A stretch of DNA of 64,000 bases, from NCBI GenBank assembly GCA_963664875.1, contig OY761611.1:2432001-2496000 (forward strand), read 5' to 3'. The notes below the pieces were generated by a model. The model worked only from the letters and a program-made list of their open reading frames with translations. It was not told the origin of the DNA and ran no database searches. Made by a program: the position numbers and the translations under genes. Every line of letters starts with the position of its first letter. Position 1 is the stretch's first letter. This document shows, in pieces, positions 11,123 through 21,232 of this stretch. Origin of the DNA: Candidatus Kapaibacterium sp. (GTDB taxonomy: Bacteria > Bacteroidota > Ignavibacteria > Kapaibacteriales > UBA2268).

Positions 11123-13918
11123 ATGCGGAGCCTTAATACTGCATTTATTATGTTATTATTGTTTTCAGTATCTTTAATATCGAAAGACATAATGAGATCA
11201 CTACTCATTCACGATGATCCTACACATATAGGAAGCCATATTTGTGGTGGAAGCGGTGATAACTTGTATATGGCTATAGACTCTTTGCTTTATCAAAAAA
11301 GCGGCATTGATGGTGAATGGTCGGAGATATATCAATTACCAAACGATCCATATCATGCCTATGCTATTACTTATAATGATTACCGACTCAAATTTTACAA
11401 AGATGACTCTTTTAACGTTTATTTTGCTTTAGGCTCAATATTCTATAAAATCGATAGTCAAACCCAAGTTGTTGATCCGGTGTATTCTACAAATTCTAAG
11501 ATTAAATCTGCCATTTTTGAAGACGATAAAATCATATTAATGGAAGAAGATAAATTCCACATTTTGACTTCTGATTTTGAGCAAATTGAAGTAATCGATA
11601 TGTCTTCCCTCTCAGATTTGCATTTTATTGACTTCTCAGATATTACTAACAGAATAGCATATATTAGGGGAGAGGGATATTGCTATAATGTAATCAAACC
11701 TGAAACTACACAAGTTTTGAATTCAGCGTTTGTTTCCACTCAAAGTATTGATAGTTTCCCCGAATTTGGTAAATTTTACGATACAGAAGCCAAACTCCAC
11801 AACGTTGCTAATCTTACGAATAATCTAATTTTGGTGTCTGAAGGAGATGACTTATTCGATATGGCAAGTTATATCTACGATCTAAAAACAAAATCCAGGA
11901 TTTTCATACCTTCCAATCCCGATTTCAAAGAATATAGGTTCCAATTTGAGGAAAGTGGAGATATATTAACCCTTTCTTTTAATGACATCAACGAATTTAC
12001 ACAATATAGTACAGATAGAGGTAAAACTTGGACTGAAGTTAGTTCATACACTTTGTACGAATTATGCGTTACAGAAAGTGGCCAAATTTATGGCTTTTAT
12101 CCTGCAACCGGTCTAATTGCTCTCGATAACGCAAGTAATAAATGGAATCAAGTAAATCTACCTGGATCTTATTTTTCTTATATAAAAGAAAACACTAAGG
12201 ACTATTTTGAGCAGAACAACGCCATCAAAGCTTTATGGAAAAACAATTCCATAATTACCAGTACCAATAATGGCAAGACTTGGACTCAAGAAGCATTGCC
12301 GGTAGAAACTCAAAATGCGGATGCCCTATTTGTAGATAGTCAAGATAATTATATCTATTTATGCGAAGTAGGTTTATACAAAAAAGAAGCAAATGCTACT
12401 TGGGAACTCCTTTCTTCTGAATTGCCTTATAGCTCAATTTCTGATTGCAAAATCATCGATGTTAATGACATGCGTATCCTAATAGCATCAAGCCAAAATG
12501 ATACAGACTATCAGCTCTTTGAGTTTAGTTTAACGGAAAACAAGTTTACTGACTTAAGTGTTAATTTCAGAGACTTACAAAAATCTGCTGATGGTAATTT
12601 TTATTATGTGCCGAAGAACGATATGCAAACTATCATTAAATCAACTAATGATTTTACAATGGTGGATTCCAAAAATCTGAACTATGCCTATGACATTGAT
12701 AAGATATTACTTGATAAAATAGGAAGTATATATGTTGCGACACAAAAAGGTTTATTCAAATCACTGGATTGGAATTCTGATTTTGAAAAGCTTGGAAATA
12801 TAAACAATGAAGTTGAAAATATGCATTTGAATAGTAATGATACTATGTTTGTAAATTTCAAAGACTCAGAATATTTCTATTTTGTAGAACCATATAAATT
12901 TCAAATTGAAACAATACCTGATATAACAGGCTGGCAAAACAAAAGTTTAGCTTTTATTTCAGCAAATAATACTGCAATAATTGAAAAGAATCGGAACGGG
13001 ACGCTCTCTTATGTTAAATTATTGCAGGATATGGATATTCATTTGAATTACTCTGTAACTGATTCTTGTTTTGAATATGATTCGAAGCCACAGCTTCTAA
13101 TCTATCCAAATGCTAAGGACTACGACATTAAGATTATTGATTATTCTTCTCTTGCTGACACTACTCTTATAGCTACAGGTGATACTGCTGTTTACAACAT
13201 TGACTTCTTGCCACATCAAAACATCAGTATGAGGATTGTTGCTTCAGTACAAGGTAAAAATCCATTCTATAGTGATATAATAAATATCAAAACTTATGTG
13301 GGACGAAGCGACACTCATATTATAGCTGAATCCCAGGTAGGCTCTAATGATTATAAAAATACTTTTGATACAGGTAAATCAGGCAAATACAAGCTTTCTA
13401 TTGTAGATGGAAATGGGAATCCTGTCGATGGGTTGGTTAACATACATAATTCTTTCAATAACGAGACCCAGAATTTCAATGTCACATCTTCGAAAGTAAC
13501 AAAATATGAATTCGAGATTCCTTCGAACTCTGAGTATGGAATTTATAAGCTGAGCTACTCAGGAAAGGCAGATGATTTAGGAGAAGTTCCGGAATCATAT
13601 TTGTATTTCATAATACACGGTTGGATTTGGGATTCAGTCGAAGAACTAAACTCAATCATCAAAAACGCAAAAGTTTTCCCTAATCCTACCGCAAACTCAG
13701 CTACAGTTGATTTTAAAATGGAAGAAGCAGGCGACTTAACTTGCGAGATATATGACCTATCCGGCAAGCGAATAATGTCTATTCCTACTGAGGGTTATTA
13801 TGCTGCTGGACAGGCTAATTTGTCATTTGATGTTTCTATGCTACAAAGCGGCCAGTATATGATATTTCTAAAAGCGAAGGACAAAGTTACTGCAAGCAAG
13901 CTGATAATAGAGAGATAG
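11123..13918 (+). CDS. T9SS type A sorting domain protein with Asp-box propeller (tandem copy 3, distant paralog)
   Basis: GAGAGG precedes ATG 11123; STDRGKTW and STNNGKTW Asp-boxes; FEDDKIILMEE shared with copies 1 and 2; CTD nearly identical to copy 1. Confidence 0.9.
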   Translation: MRSLNTAFIMLLLFSVSLISKDIMRSLLIHDDPTHIGSHICGGSGDNLYMAIDSLLYQKSGIDGEWSEIYQLPNDPYHAYAITYNDYRLKFYKDDSFNVYFALGSIFYKIDSQTQVVDPVYSTNSKIKSAIFEDDKIILMEEDKFHILTSDFEQIEVIDMSSLSDLHFIDFSDITNRIAYIRGEGYCYNVIKPETTQVLNSAFVSTQSIDSFPEFGKFYDTEAKLHNVANLTNNLILVSEGDDLFDMASYIYDLKTKSRIFIPSNPDFKEYRFQFEESGDILTLSFNDINEFTQYSTDRGKTWTEVSSYTLYELCVTESGQIYGFYPATGLIALDNASNKWNQVNLPGSYFSYIKENTKDYFEQNNAIKALWKNNSIITSTNNGKTWTQEALPVETQNADALFVDSQDNYIYLCEVGLYKKEANATWELLSSELPYSSISDCKIIDVNDMRILIASSQNDTDYQLFEFSLTENKFTDLSVNFRDLQKSADGNFYYVPKNDMQTIIKSTNDFTMVDSKNLNYAYDIDKILLDKIGSIYVATQKGLFKSLDWNSDFEKLGNINNEVENMHLNSNDTMFVNFKDSEYFYFVEPYKFQIETIPDITGWQNKSLAFISANNTAIIEKNRNGTLSYVKLLQDMDIHLNYSVTDSCFEYDSKPQLLIYPNAKDYDIKIIDYSSLADTTLIATGDTAVYNIDFLPHQNISMRIVASVQGKNPFYSDIINIKTYVGRSDTHIIAESQVGSNDYKNTFDTGKSGKYKLSIVDGNGNPVDGLVNIHNSFNNETQNFNVTSSKVTKYEFEIPSNSEYGIYKLSYSGKADDLGEVPESYLYFIIHGWIWDSVEELNSIIKNAKVFPNPTANSATVDFKMEEAGDLTCEIYDLSGKRIMSIPTEGYYAAGQANLSFDVSMLQSGQYMIFLKAKDKVTASKLIIER

Positions 13919-13941
13919 GAAATTCAATCGCTGTAATACAA

Positions 13942-13975
13942 AAAACCTTCCTTATTTCTAAATAGGGAAGGTTTT
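13942..13975. terminator. Bidirectional terminator between T9SS gene 3 and the TonB-dependent receptor
   Basis: AAAACCTTCCTTATT / AATAGGGAAGGTTTT stem. Confidence 0.8.
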
Positions 13976-14004
13976 CTAGTGATTTATTCGAATAATATTT
14001 CAGT

Positions 14005-16185
14005 TTATTTCAAACTGAATCGTAAACCTGCTCCAAAAGTAGCATGTGATACTTGTGGGTAAGCAACTGAGTAATATTTTGAATAGTCATCTTCGTATGC
14101 ATCAGTGTTAGTGATATTTCTACCCCAAACATTAAGCCAAAGCATATCTTTCACAATTTCTTTTTCGATATTGATGTCTAATCTGATTCTGGACTTTGCT
14201 TCTGTGTCTCTTGTGTTCGGAATCAAATCATCATTTGCACTTCTTGGATCTAACTGAAGCATATAATTATAAGATCCTCCACGAGCATACTCAGATGCAT
14301 AAACAAACTGAGCAGAAAGATTCAGTCCTATCGAAGGAATATCATAATAAGGTCTGAAACGGATCACATTTTCCGGCGATTCCTGTACGTAGTTGTCGTC
14401 GTCTGTATCGTATGTGTACAGAGCATACGAGAGCTCAAGTTTTAGATTTTTCACAGGATTAGCTTTCAAAATAATTTCACCGCCCATGCTTTTTACATCT
14501 TCCATATTTGTATAAAACAATGGAACTATAAGGTTTTCGGTTGGATAAATATCAGATGGTCTAATATATTTTGCCATTGTAGTCGGATCTGCAATAGCAC
14601 TGTTGTCCAAATCAATTACACCTTTGATATCTGAGTAGAAGAATGATGCATCAATCATCAATCCGGGAACTATAGTTGTACGTCCGCCAAATTCAAACGT
14701 TATATATTCGGTAGGATTGACATTGTCTCCGGGAACTACTGCCACATAAGCCGCAGGAGATCCTGCAGGGAGCATATCTGATGGGACTCTTATCATCCTT
14801 CTTTCCAACCTTGTCTGAGCATACCCCGGAGTAGTGATAGAACGTGATGCTGCAGCCCAAAACATTAGATCGTCTTGTGGTTTTACTAAAATACGGGCAG
14901 ATGGAGAGATTTCCGGGTCGTCGCTTACTAAAGTCCAAGTCTCTGCTTTTGCACCTAAAGTAAGAGAAAGCCAGTTAGTAAAAGATATTTTATCTTGAAC
15001 AAAGAAAGAATATAGGGTCTCTGTAGCATCTAATTTGGAAAAGTTAATATCTTCGTCAATTCCGGTATTTTGAATATCATACATTACAGAACCAAAAGAA
15101 AGACCCGCAGAGAAATTGTTAATTCCATAAACAAGGTTATCCTGCAATTCTACATTGAAAATGGAAACATTTGGTGAATAGGTGCCACCAAGAACCTGAT
15201 CTCCTGATATTTTGCGGTAATATACCTGAGCGAACATATTGTGATTTTCTGCGAATGTATAATCAGCTCTGTCGCTAACTAATATTTCCGAAGTTTTTTC
15301 TTCTGCGAGAAATGGTTTATAGGCAGAATAATCCTGACCGGTGGCTTGCAAGCCCATCATTATAAGTTCGTTATCGACAGTATTTGTGTACATATCTGAT
15401 TTTACATTCGAATAAATACCTCTAAGTCTGTTGGTAAGGTTTTCACCAAACTGAGACTGTAGGTTAAATCCGGCACTAAGAGCTTCTCTGCCGTAGCTGT
15501 CCTCTGTGTATTTATTGTTTGGATTGTTTTCCATCAGCTCGTTCAAATCGTAACCTTTGTGGTTTTTATAACCTGCGAAAAGAGTAAAGTTTGAGCGAGA
15601 GGTAATTTTTTTACCATAGCTCACAAACGGAGCGACATAATTTTGAGTTCCACCTTCGACAGCAAGGTTCAGTCCGTCATTGTTATTTGCATCTTTAGTG
15701 TAAATATTGATGATACCTGTGTTTGCATTCGCCCCATAGATAGTGCCGCCAGGGCCTTTGATTACCTCAATTCTTTGGATTTGGCTAAGTGGAATTTCAA
15801 GCCAAGAAAACCCAAAAGAACCAAGAAGAGGAGAATTTACAGGGATACCGTCAACCAGCACAGATACTGACTGAGCTAAGATATCGGATTCACTTCGGAT
15901 ACCATCATTGGTGTTGTAATAGTTGTAGTCGTGCGACCAATAACCCGGAACAAGCATCAATACATCTTGCAAACGAGTTGCTCCACTTCTGCGGATATCA
16001 TCTTCGGATACAACATAAATTGAAGAAGCTACATCCATCAAAGACTCTGCTTTTTTTGAAACCGATGATACTTCCATGCCCAGCAAATCATCAAGGGACA
16101 TTTCCATTAAATCATCAGCTTCTTGTGCTTTTGATGCAACAAATGACATACAAGTCAATAACACCAGTAAAGCAAATTTTTTCAT
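14005..16185 (-). CDS. TonB-dependent receptor
   Basis: Signal peptide; plug MSLDDLLGMEVSSVSKK...DIRRSGAT...VPG; IQRIEVIKGPGGTIYGANANTGIINI; C-terminal beta-strand FGAGLRFSLK. Confidence 0.93.
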   Translation of the reverse strand: MKKFALLVLLTCMSFVASKAQEADDLMEMSLDDLLGMEVSSVSKKAESLMDVASSIYVVSEDDIRRSGATRLQDVLMLVPGYWSHDYNYYNTNDGIRSESDILAQSVSVLVDGIPVNSPLLGSFGFSWLEIPLSQIQRIEVIKGPGGTIYGANANTGIINIYTKDANNNDGLNLAVEGGTQNYVAPFVSYGKKITSRSNFTLFAGYKNHKGYDLNELMENNPNNKYTEDSYGREALSAGFNLQSQFGENLTNRLRGIYSNVKSDMYTNTVDNELIMMGLQATGQDYSAYKPFLAEEKTSEILVSDRADYTFAENHNMFAQVYYRKISGDQVLGGTYSPNVSIFNVELQDNLVYGINNFSAGLSFGSVMYDIQNTGIDEDINFSKLDATETLYSFFVQDKISFTNWLSLTLGAKAETWTLVSDDPEISPSARILVKPQDDLMFWAAASRSITTPGYAQTRLERRMIRVPSDMLPAGSPAAYVAVVPGDNVNPTEYITFEFGGRTTIVPGLMIDASFFYSDIKGVIDLDNSAIADPTTMAKYIRPSDIYPTENLIVPLFYTNMEDVKSMGGEIILKANPVKNLKLELSYALYTYDTDDDNYVQESPENVIRFRPYYDIPSIGLNLSAQFVYASEYARGGSYNYMLQLDPRSANDDLIPNTRDTEAKSRIRLDINIEKEIVKDMLWLNVWGRNITNTDAYEDDYSKYYSVAYPQVSHATFGAGLRFSLK

Positions 16186-16522
16186 TCATACCCTCATTCT
16201 AATAGTGTGTGAGATTTATATTACAAAACTACATAATTTCGGTATTATTTGTCTGCTATATATATAATATAAGAACTGAATGATAATAATTTATTGTATC
16301 AATATTATTTATAGGGAAAAACAACCGTAATAATATGCAATATTATGAAGTGGAATGTAGATTATCATATTAATGGATGCTTTGATTCGAAGAGCTTAGA
16401 TAGATATAACTTATGATGTGTCAAAGGGTATGTGTAAGTAAAAAACTATAAAGAAAATAATAGCCAGATAAACAGTAAAACTGAGTTGCAAATTGCTTAC
16501 TTAATTCGAACGAAACATTCAC

Positions 16523-16553
16523 AAAAAAAGGTGCCTCTTTTTCAAGAGACACC
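16523..16553 (-). terminator. Terminator of the perR-dps-peroxiredoxin operon
   Basis: GGTGCCTCTT / AAGAGACACC stem with an adjacent A7 run. Confidence 0.65.
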
Positions 16554-16579
16554 CTATTTATTTTACACCATATAGGTGA

Positions 16580-17236
16580 TTATTTTTCAACATCTTTATA
16601 GCAGAACCACCAGTCGTAGTTTTCATATCTGCCTTTTTTGTATTCAGCAGCTTTGATATCAGTTGCAGGTGGCACTATAACTTTTCCGCCAATCAGTCCG
16701 TTATTTGGCCAGTTAGCCGGCATCGCTACTTTGTTACTGTCCGAAATCTGAATAGCTTTTACCATCCTGATGATTTCGTCCATGTTTCTGCCTAATTCCT
16801 GTGGGTAGTATAGAATAGCTCTGATTTTGCCATTAGGATCAAGTAAAAATACGGCTCTTACAGTATTAGTACCTTTACCCGGATGTATAAAACCAAGTTT
16901 TTCAGATACAGCACCGTTATCAGCTATAATTGGGAATTCGATTTGAACTTTCAAATTGTCTTTGATCCATTCTACCCATTTCATGTGAGAGAATACCTGG
17001 TCAACACTAAGACCAATTAGTTCTGTGTTTAATTCTCTAAATTCAGGGTATCTTTCTTGAAAAGCAACGAATTCTGTAGTACAAACAGGAGTAAAGTCAG
17101 CCGGGTGGCTAAACAATATTACCCATTTGCCGTTCATGTCTTTTGGTAATGTCATTGGACCGTGTGTAGTTAACACTTCCATTTCAGGGAACATATCGCC
17201 TAACAAAGGCATACCGCTTTTCTTTTCTTCACACAT
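16580..17236 (-). CDS. Peroxiredoxin (Prx6/archaeal-type)
   Basis: [30 protein letters not shown]-terminal DWWFC. Confidence 0.95.
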   Translation of the reverse strand: MCEEKKSGMPLLGDMFPEMEVLTTHGPMTLPKDMNGKWVILFSHPADFTPVCTTEFVAFQERYPEFRELNTELIGLSVDQVFSHMKWVEWIKDNLKVQIEFPIIADNGAVSEKLGFIHPGKGTNTVRAVFLLDPNGKIRAILYYPQELGRNMDEIIRMVKAIQISDSNKVAMPANWPNNGLIGGKVIVPPATDIKAAEYKKGRYENYDWWFCYKDVEK

Positions 17237-17275
17237 GTGATAAATCCTTATATAGATAAAACAAAATATAAAATA

Positions 17276-17752
17276 TTACTTATTGAGGAATGCGGAATAC
17301 ATCCACACTAATTTTTCCTGTTCTCTAATGTAATCGCTCGCCATGGAGTTGGTGCCTTCGTCTTCTGCATCAGCAGCTATGTCGAGCAAATCTCTTTGTT
17401 TGCGAAGCAATACCGAAAACCCATTTAAAATTTCTTCTACGCATTGCTTTCCGTCAGTAATGTTAACTGCTTCTTTGATTTCAGAAGAAGCTATGTAGTT
17501 AGAATAGCTATGTAGAGGCATTTTGCCTAAAGTAAGAATGCGTTCTGCGATTTCGTCAATTTTTAGTATCAGATCATTATAGAGTTCTTCAAATTTTACA
17601 TGAAGCTCGAAAAATTTATCACCCTTAATATTCCAGTGAAAACCTCTAACGTTCATGTAAAAGACTTGGTAGTTTGCAAGTAAGTCATTGAGTTTAACTG
17701 CAAGCAGGTCTGCTTTTCCTGCATCAATTCCAATGTGATTGTAATTACTCAT
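17276..17752 (-). CDS. dps: DNA starvation/stationary-phase protection protein Dps
   Basis: HWNIKGDKFFELHVKFEELY, DEIAERI, EKLVWM. Confidence 0.96.
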   Translation of the reverse strand: MSNYNHIGIDAGKADLLAVKLNDLLANYQVFYMNVRGFHWNIKGDKFFELHVKFEELYNDLILKIDEIAERILTLGKMPLHSYSNYIASSEIKEAVNITDGKQCVEEILNGFSVLLRKQRDLLDIAADAEDEGTNSMASDYIREQEKLVWMYSAFLNK

Positions 17753-17758
17753 GATAGA

Positions 17759-18172
17759 TTATCTCCTATATTTACCTTTAATGTTCACTACAACATCCTG
17801 TATATCAAAACCGGGAATGCCTTTTTCCCTAAAGTAATTTTCTATAATTAGCGTTAAGTTGTCGTCGTGGTAGTCAGCTATGCTACCGGACTCAGTATCA
17901 AAAAGGTGATGGTGCTTATGTGTTTTTGCGTCGTATCTTTGAGCGTCGTCTTCTGTCTGCATTGTTTTTACAATGCCTTTGCTGACAAAAGTTTCTAAGG
18001 TGTTGTAAATCGAAGCCAAAGAGATAGACGGCAGAATACTTTGTGTCTTGTAAAATATTTGGTCTGCTGTCGGATGCGTATGGCTTTCAATTAATACCTG
18101 ATAAACAGCTAAGCGCTGAGGCGTACATCTAAGTCCGTTGTCAATCAGCATCTGTTTTATATTATTTTCCAT
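17759..18172 (-). CDS. perR: Fur-family repressor, PerR-like
   Basis: GLRCTPQRLAVY, HPTADQI, SLASIYNTL, RYDA..HKHHH; heads an operon with dps and a peroxiredoxin. Confidence 0.8.
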   Translation of the reverse strand: MENNIKQMLIDNGLRCTPQRLAVYQVLIESHTHPTADQIFYKTQSILPSISLASIYNTLETFVSKGIVKTMQTEDDAQRYDAKTHKHHHLFDTESGSIADYHDDNLTLIIENYFREKGIPGFDIQDVVVNIKGKYRR

Positions 18173-18202
18173 CTTTTTACCTTTTGCATAACTCTCACAT
18201 AT

Positions 18203-18234
18203 TTAGAATCGTTCTAAACTTAGAATTATTTTAA
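18203..18234. promoter_or_regulatory. Two tandem Per-box-like 7-1-7 operators
   Basis: TTAGAATCGTTCTAA (18203-18217) and TTAGAATTATTTTAA (18220-18234) resemble the Bacillus Per box TTATAATnATTATAA and lie 30-60 bp upstream of perR. Confidence 0.75.
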
Positions 18235-18439
18235 ACAAAATCAAAAAAATTGAAATATTTTCTAAAATTCTCTGGGGACACTGATTTAAAGCTAATCTGA
18301 TACTGCAAAATATTTTGAAGAGATAGCAAATCCTTACTTCTATAGAAGTCAAAAATTTGACGCAGAGTAAAATAATTGGCACAATTTTATCTAAATATGC
18401 TATATTGCCTGTTTGACTATATAGTGTATATCTTTGCTG

Positions 18440-19561
18440 ATGAATGACAGTAATCATACAAAACCTGAAAACAAAAACAGAATTCTATATATAGATTTGA
18501 TTAGAGCTTATGCTATTCTGATGATGGTGCAAGGGCATAGTATCGATTTAACTTTAGCTCCTCAGTTCCGTGATCCGGCATTTACCCTCTATGCAATCTG
18601 GGAGTTTTTTCGAGGCACAACTGCTCCAATATTTTTCTTTTCTGCCGGTACTATCTTCTCCTACTTATTTTTAAGGGCTCAAGCTAAGAATGAAGCTTTA
18701 GTAAGAATGAAAAAGGGACTAACGCGAGGAGCAAATTTAGTATTGATAGGGTACTTGCTTGTATTCAATGTGTTTGCGTGGTTTTCAATTCCGCCAAATT
18801 GGATAGAGTATCCACACCAGTTTGCAGTATCAGTACTTCATTGCATTGGAGTTGGGCTGATTTTGCTATCATTAGTTTTGTATTTGCTAAGAAATCTCAA
18901 TAAATATTTGACTATAGGGATTTTGATGCTGATTGCATCGTGTTTCTTCTTGTTCTATCCTGACGTTGAAAGATCAGAATGGGTTGCCAATCTGATATTG
19001 CCATTGAAAGCATATTTTACACGTACAGAAGGAACGTATTTCCCTTTAGTTCCATGGCTTGGTTATTTGTTTTATGGAGCTATGCTTGGAATAGTGCTAC
19101 AACTAAAAGACGGTATCCACAAAAGATGGTACTTTATTCTTGGCTTTATTAGTGTCGGTTTGCTTGGTCATTTTTATTCGGTTGACTTGCTCGATTACAT
19201 CTACAAGCAAACACTTTGGGATAACATTGCTTATCTGCGCGATTTTGATTTTCTATATTTCAGACTAGCACATGTTTTTGTCTTTGTAGGAATATTTGCT
19301 ATTATATCGTATGCTGATAAATATATTCCCAATCTTGTATTCGTTATAGGTCGCAATACGTTACTAATTTATATTGCCCAAGCTTTATTGCTATATAGTT
19401 TCCCTAAATATCTAGGCTTTTACTATGATATCGCCGCAAAACTAACTCCTTGGGGAGCAGTGTTAGCTGCTTTTGTAGTAGAGATAATTGCTATTAGCTT
19501 TATAGCCTTTATGGAAAAACTAAATAAAAAATACGGAAGAACTCTAATAAAGCTAAAGTAG
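18440..19561 (+). CDS. Membrane acyltransferase, DUF1624 / heparan-alpha-glucosaminide N-acetyltransferase domain
   Basis: RILYIDLIRAYAILMMVQGH, APIFFFSAG, VLHCIG, FPLVPWLGY, GRNTLLIY; many TM helices. Confidence 0.85.
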   Translation: MNDSNHTKPENKNRILYIDLIRAYAILMMVQGHSIDLTLAPQFRDPAFTLYAIWEFFRGTTAPIFFFSAGTIFSYLFLRAQAKNEALVRMKKGLTRGANLVLIGYLLVFNVFAWFSIPPNWIEYPHQFAVSVLHCIGVGLILLSLVLYLLRNLNKYLTIGILMLIASCFFLFYPDVERSEWVANLILPLKAYFTRTEGTYFPLVPWLGYLFYGAMLGIVLQLKDGIHKRWYFILGFISVGLLGHFYSVDLLDYIYKQTLWDNIAYLRDFDFLYFRLAHVFVFVGIFAIISYADKYIPNLVFVIGRNTLLIYIAQALLLYSFPKYLGFYYDIAAKLTPWGAVLAAFVVEIIAISFIAFMEKLNKKYGRTLIKLK

Positions 19562-19714
19562 TTTTTGGGTTTTATTTTATAACAATGTAATACTTATAGA
19601 GTAGTCAACCCCAATGATTCACTTCCCTGATTTGTGAATATTTATAAAAAGAAGAAATTGCAAGGTAATATAATTTAACCTATATTGCATTCTTTTATAT
19701 AATCGTAAATCATT

Positions 19715-21061
19715 ATGAATTTGAACAATAAACTCAATTCTCTTATTCACAAGTTTGAAACCATAAACACAAAATGGTTTTGGTTCGTGTTGTTAGCAAT
19801 AGTTTTGAGACTACTGGCAGCATCCATAGGATTCAATTATGATTTAGAATCGTGGGCAATCGTAGGCAAAAGTGTTAGTTCAGGCGGTACAGTTTATCTT
19901 GATACTTTTCGCTATACCACAGGTCCAATTTGGTGTTATGTCCTTGGAGGAATATATTTTATACATGATCTACTGGGTATGAGCGAAACAACAAGCTACC
20001 ACCTGATGGTAACTTTGTTTCTTTCTATGGTAGATGTGGTAACCGGATATTTAGTTGCCAAAAATTCAAAACCAATTTATGGGCTCATCGTAATACTCAA
20101 CCCTGCTTCGATTTTAATTTCAGGATTCCATACTCAATTTGAGTCATTTGCACTAATTTTTGCTTTTCTCTCATGGCTGATTACCATTAAATCAGAAAGT
20201 GATTCCAAAAATCATTTGTATGCTGCGATTCTTGTTGGAATATCTCTAACAGTCAAGCATATTCTTGTATTTTATCCAATTTGGTTATTCATGGCAAATA
20301 AAGACATAAATTTAAAAAACAGATTGTACTATCTGGTTATTCCTTATGTCGTGTTCCTTGGATCATTTGTTCCATTTATGATAGATGAAGCGGTCAGACA
20401 GGGAGTTATCGAACATGTTTTCAGATATCAATCTGCCATAGGTACCAGTCTTATGGGTATGGTGTTGTCACTACTTCCTGATTTCATAATGAAAGATTTA
20501 CTTGGATGGATTCCTGTTTTTTCAGGTATGAAGTTCTTCTTTCTGATTACTATGCTTTACACAGGATTTGTAGTATCGAGGAATAGATACAAGCAATTAT
20601 TTCCTTTTTACTTAGTATCTATGATTGTCTTTACACCTTCTTTTGCAGATCAGTACTTGGTTATCCCTGTAATTGCAATGGCAATGTACATCAAACACTT
20701 TGAAATGAAGATGTATCTTGCAGCTATATCAGTGTATCTTATGTTTATTACACCGAACAACATTGGCCCTTATTTTGTTCCTAAGATTCTAAAAATCGGG
20801 ACGTCATTAATATCTACTGCTGATTCAGGAACAGATTTGAAAAATGAGTTTGAAGAAGTTCCTGGGGTATTAAATGCCGGAGTTGGAAATTTTACTGATA
20901 GTATCTCTACAGTAAAAAGTCAATATACAGGCTCAGAGAAGATTGTTAAGATAAAAGAAATTGTCAAAAGTTTATTGTTTTTGATTTATCCACTAACACA
21001 AATATGGTTGGTTGTTTTTTATATAAGGTTTGTCGTTGGGAGAAATAAGCTTTTCGAATAA
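19715..21061 (+). CDS. Polytopic membrane glycosyltransferase (GT-C fold, GT87/PIG-M-like)
   Basis: Acidic first loop (NYDLESW, RYTTGPIW), LNPASILISGFHTQFES, GISLTVKH, QYLV; about 10 TM helices. Confidence 0.65.
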   Translation: MNLNNKLNSLIHKFETINTKWFWFVLLAIVLRLLAASIGFNYDLESWAIVGKSVSSGGTVYLDTFRYTTGPIWCYVLGGIYFIHDLLGMSETTSYHLMVTLFLSMVDVVTGYLVAKNSKPIYGLIVILNPASILISGFHTQFESFALIFAFLSWLITIKSESDSKNHLYAAILVGISLTVKHILVFYPIWLFMANKDINLKNRLYYLVIPYVVFLGSFVPFMIDEAVRQGVIEHVFRYQSAIGTSLMGMVLSLLPDFIMKDLLGWIPVFSGMKFFFLITMLYTGFVVSRNRYKQLFPFYLVSMIVFTPSFADQYLVIPVIAMAMYIKHFEMKMYLAAISVYLMFITPNNIGPYFVPKILKIGTSLISTADSGTDLKNEFEEVPGVLNAGVGNFTDSISTVKSQYTGSEKIVKIKEIVKSLLFLIYPLTQIWLVVFYIRFVVGRNKLFE

Positions 21062-21232
21062 GAGTCAATAAATATTGATATTTCAGCAGAATATTTCTTT
21101 TTCAGTATGGACATACTAAGAGATATCGAGTTTTGATAAGCTCTTTTGTATGAAAAATAAATATTTCTTTGAAAAAGCCTCAGATATAAATACATTGCTA
21201 TATTCAAATTATCACTATTTGAGGAGCTTGCA

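Noticed and set aside
7471-13926. DGR template/variable repeat interpretation of the CTD, MCP or eno repeats
   Set aside because: Mismatches are mostly synonymous and not adenine-specific, and there is no reverse transcriptase in the window.
18367-18381. Sigma-54 promoter (TGGCAC...)
   Set aside because: The -12 GC is absent (TATC instead of TTGC).
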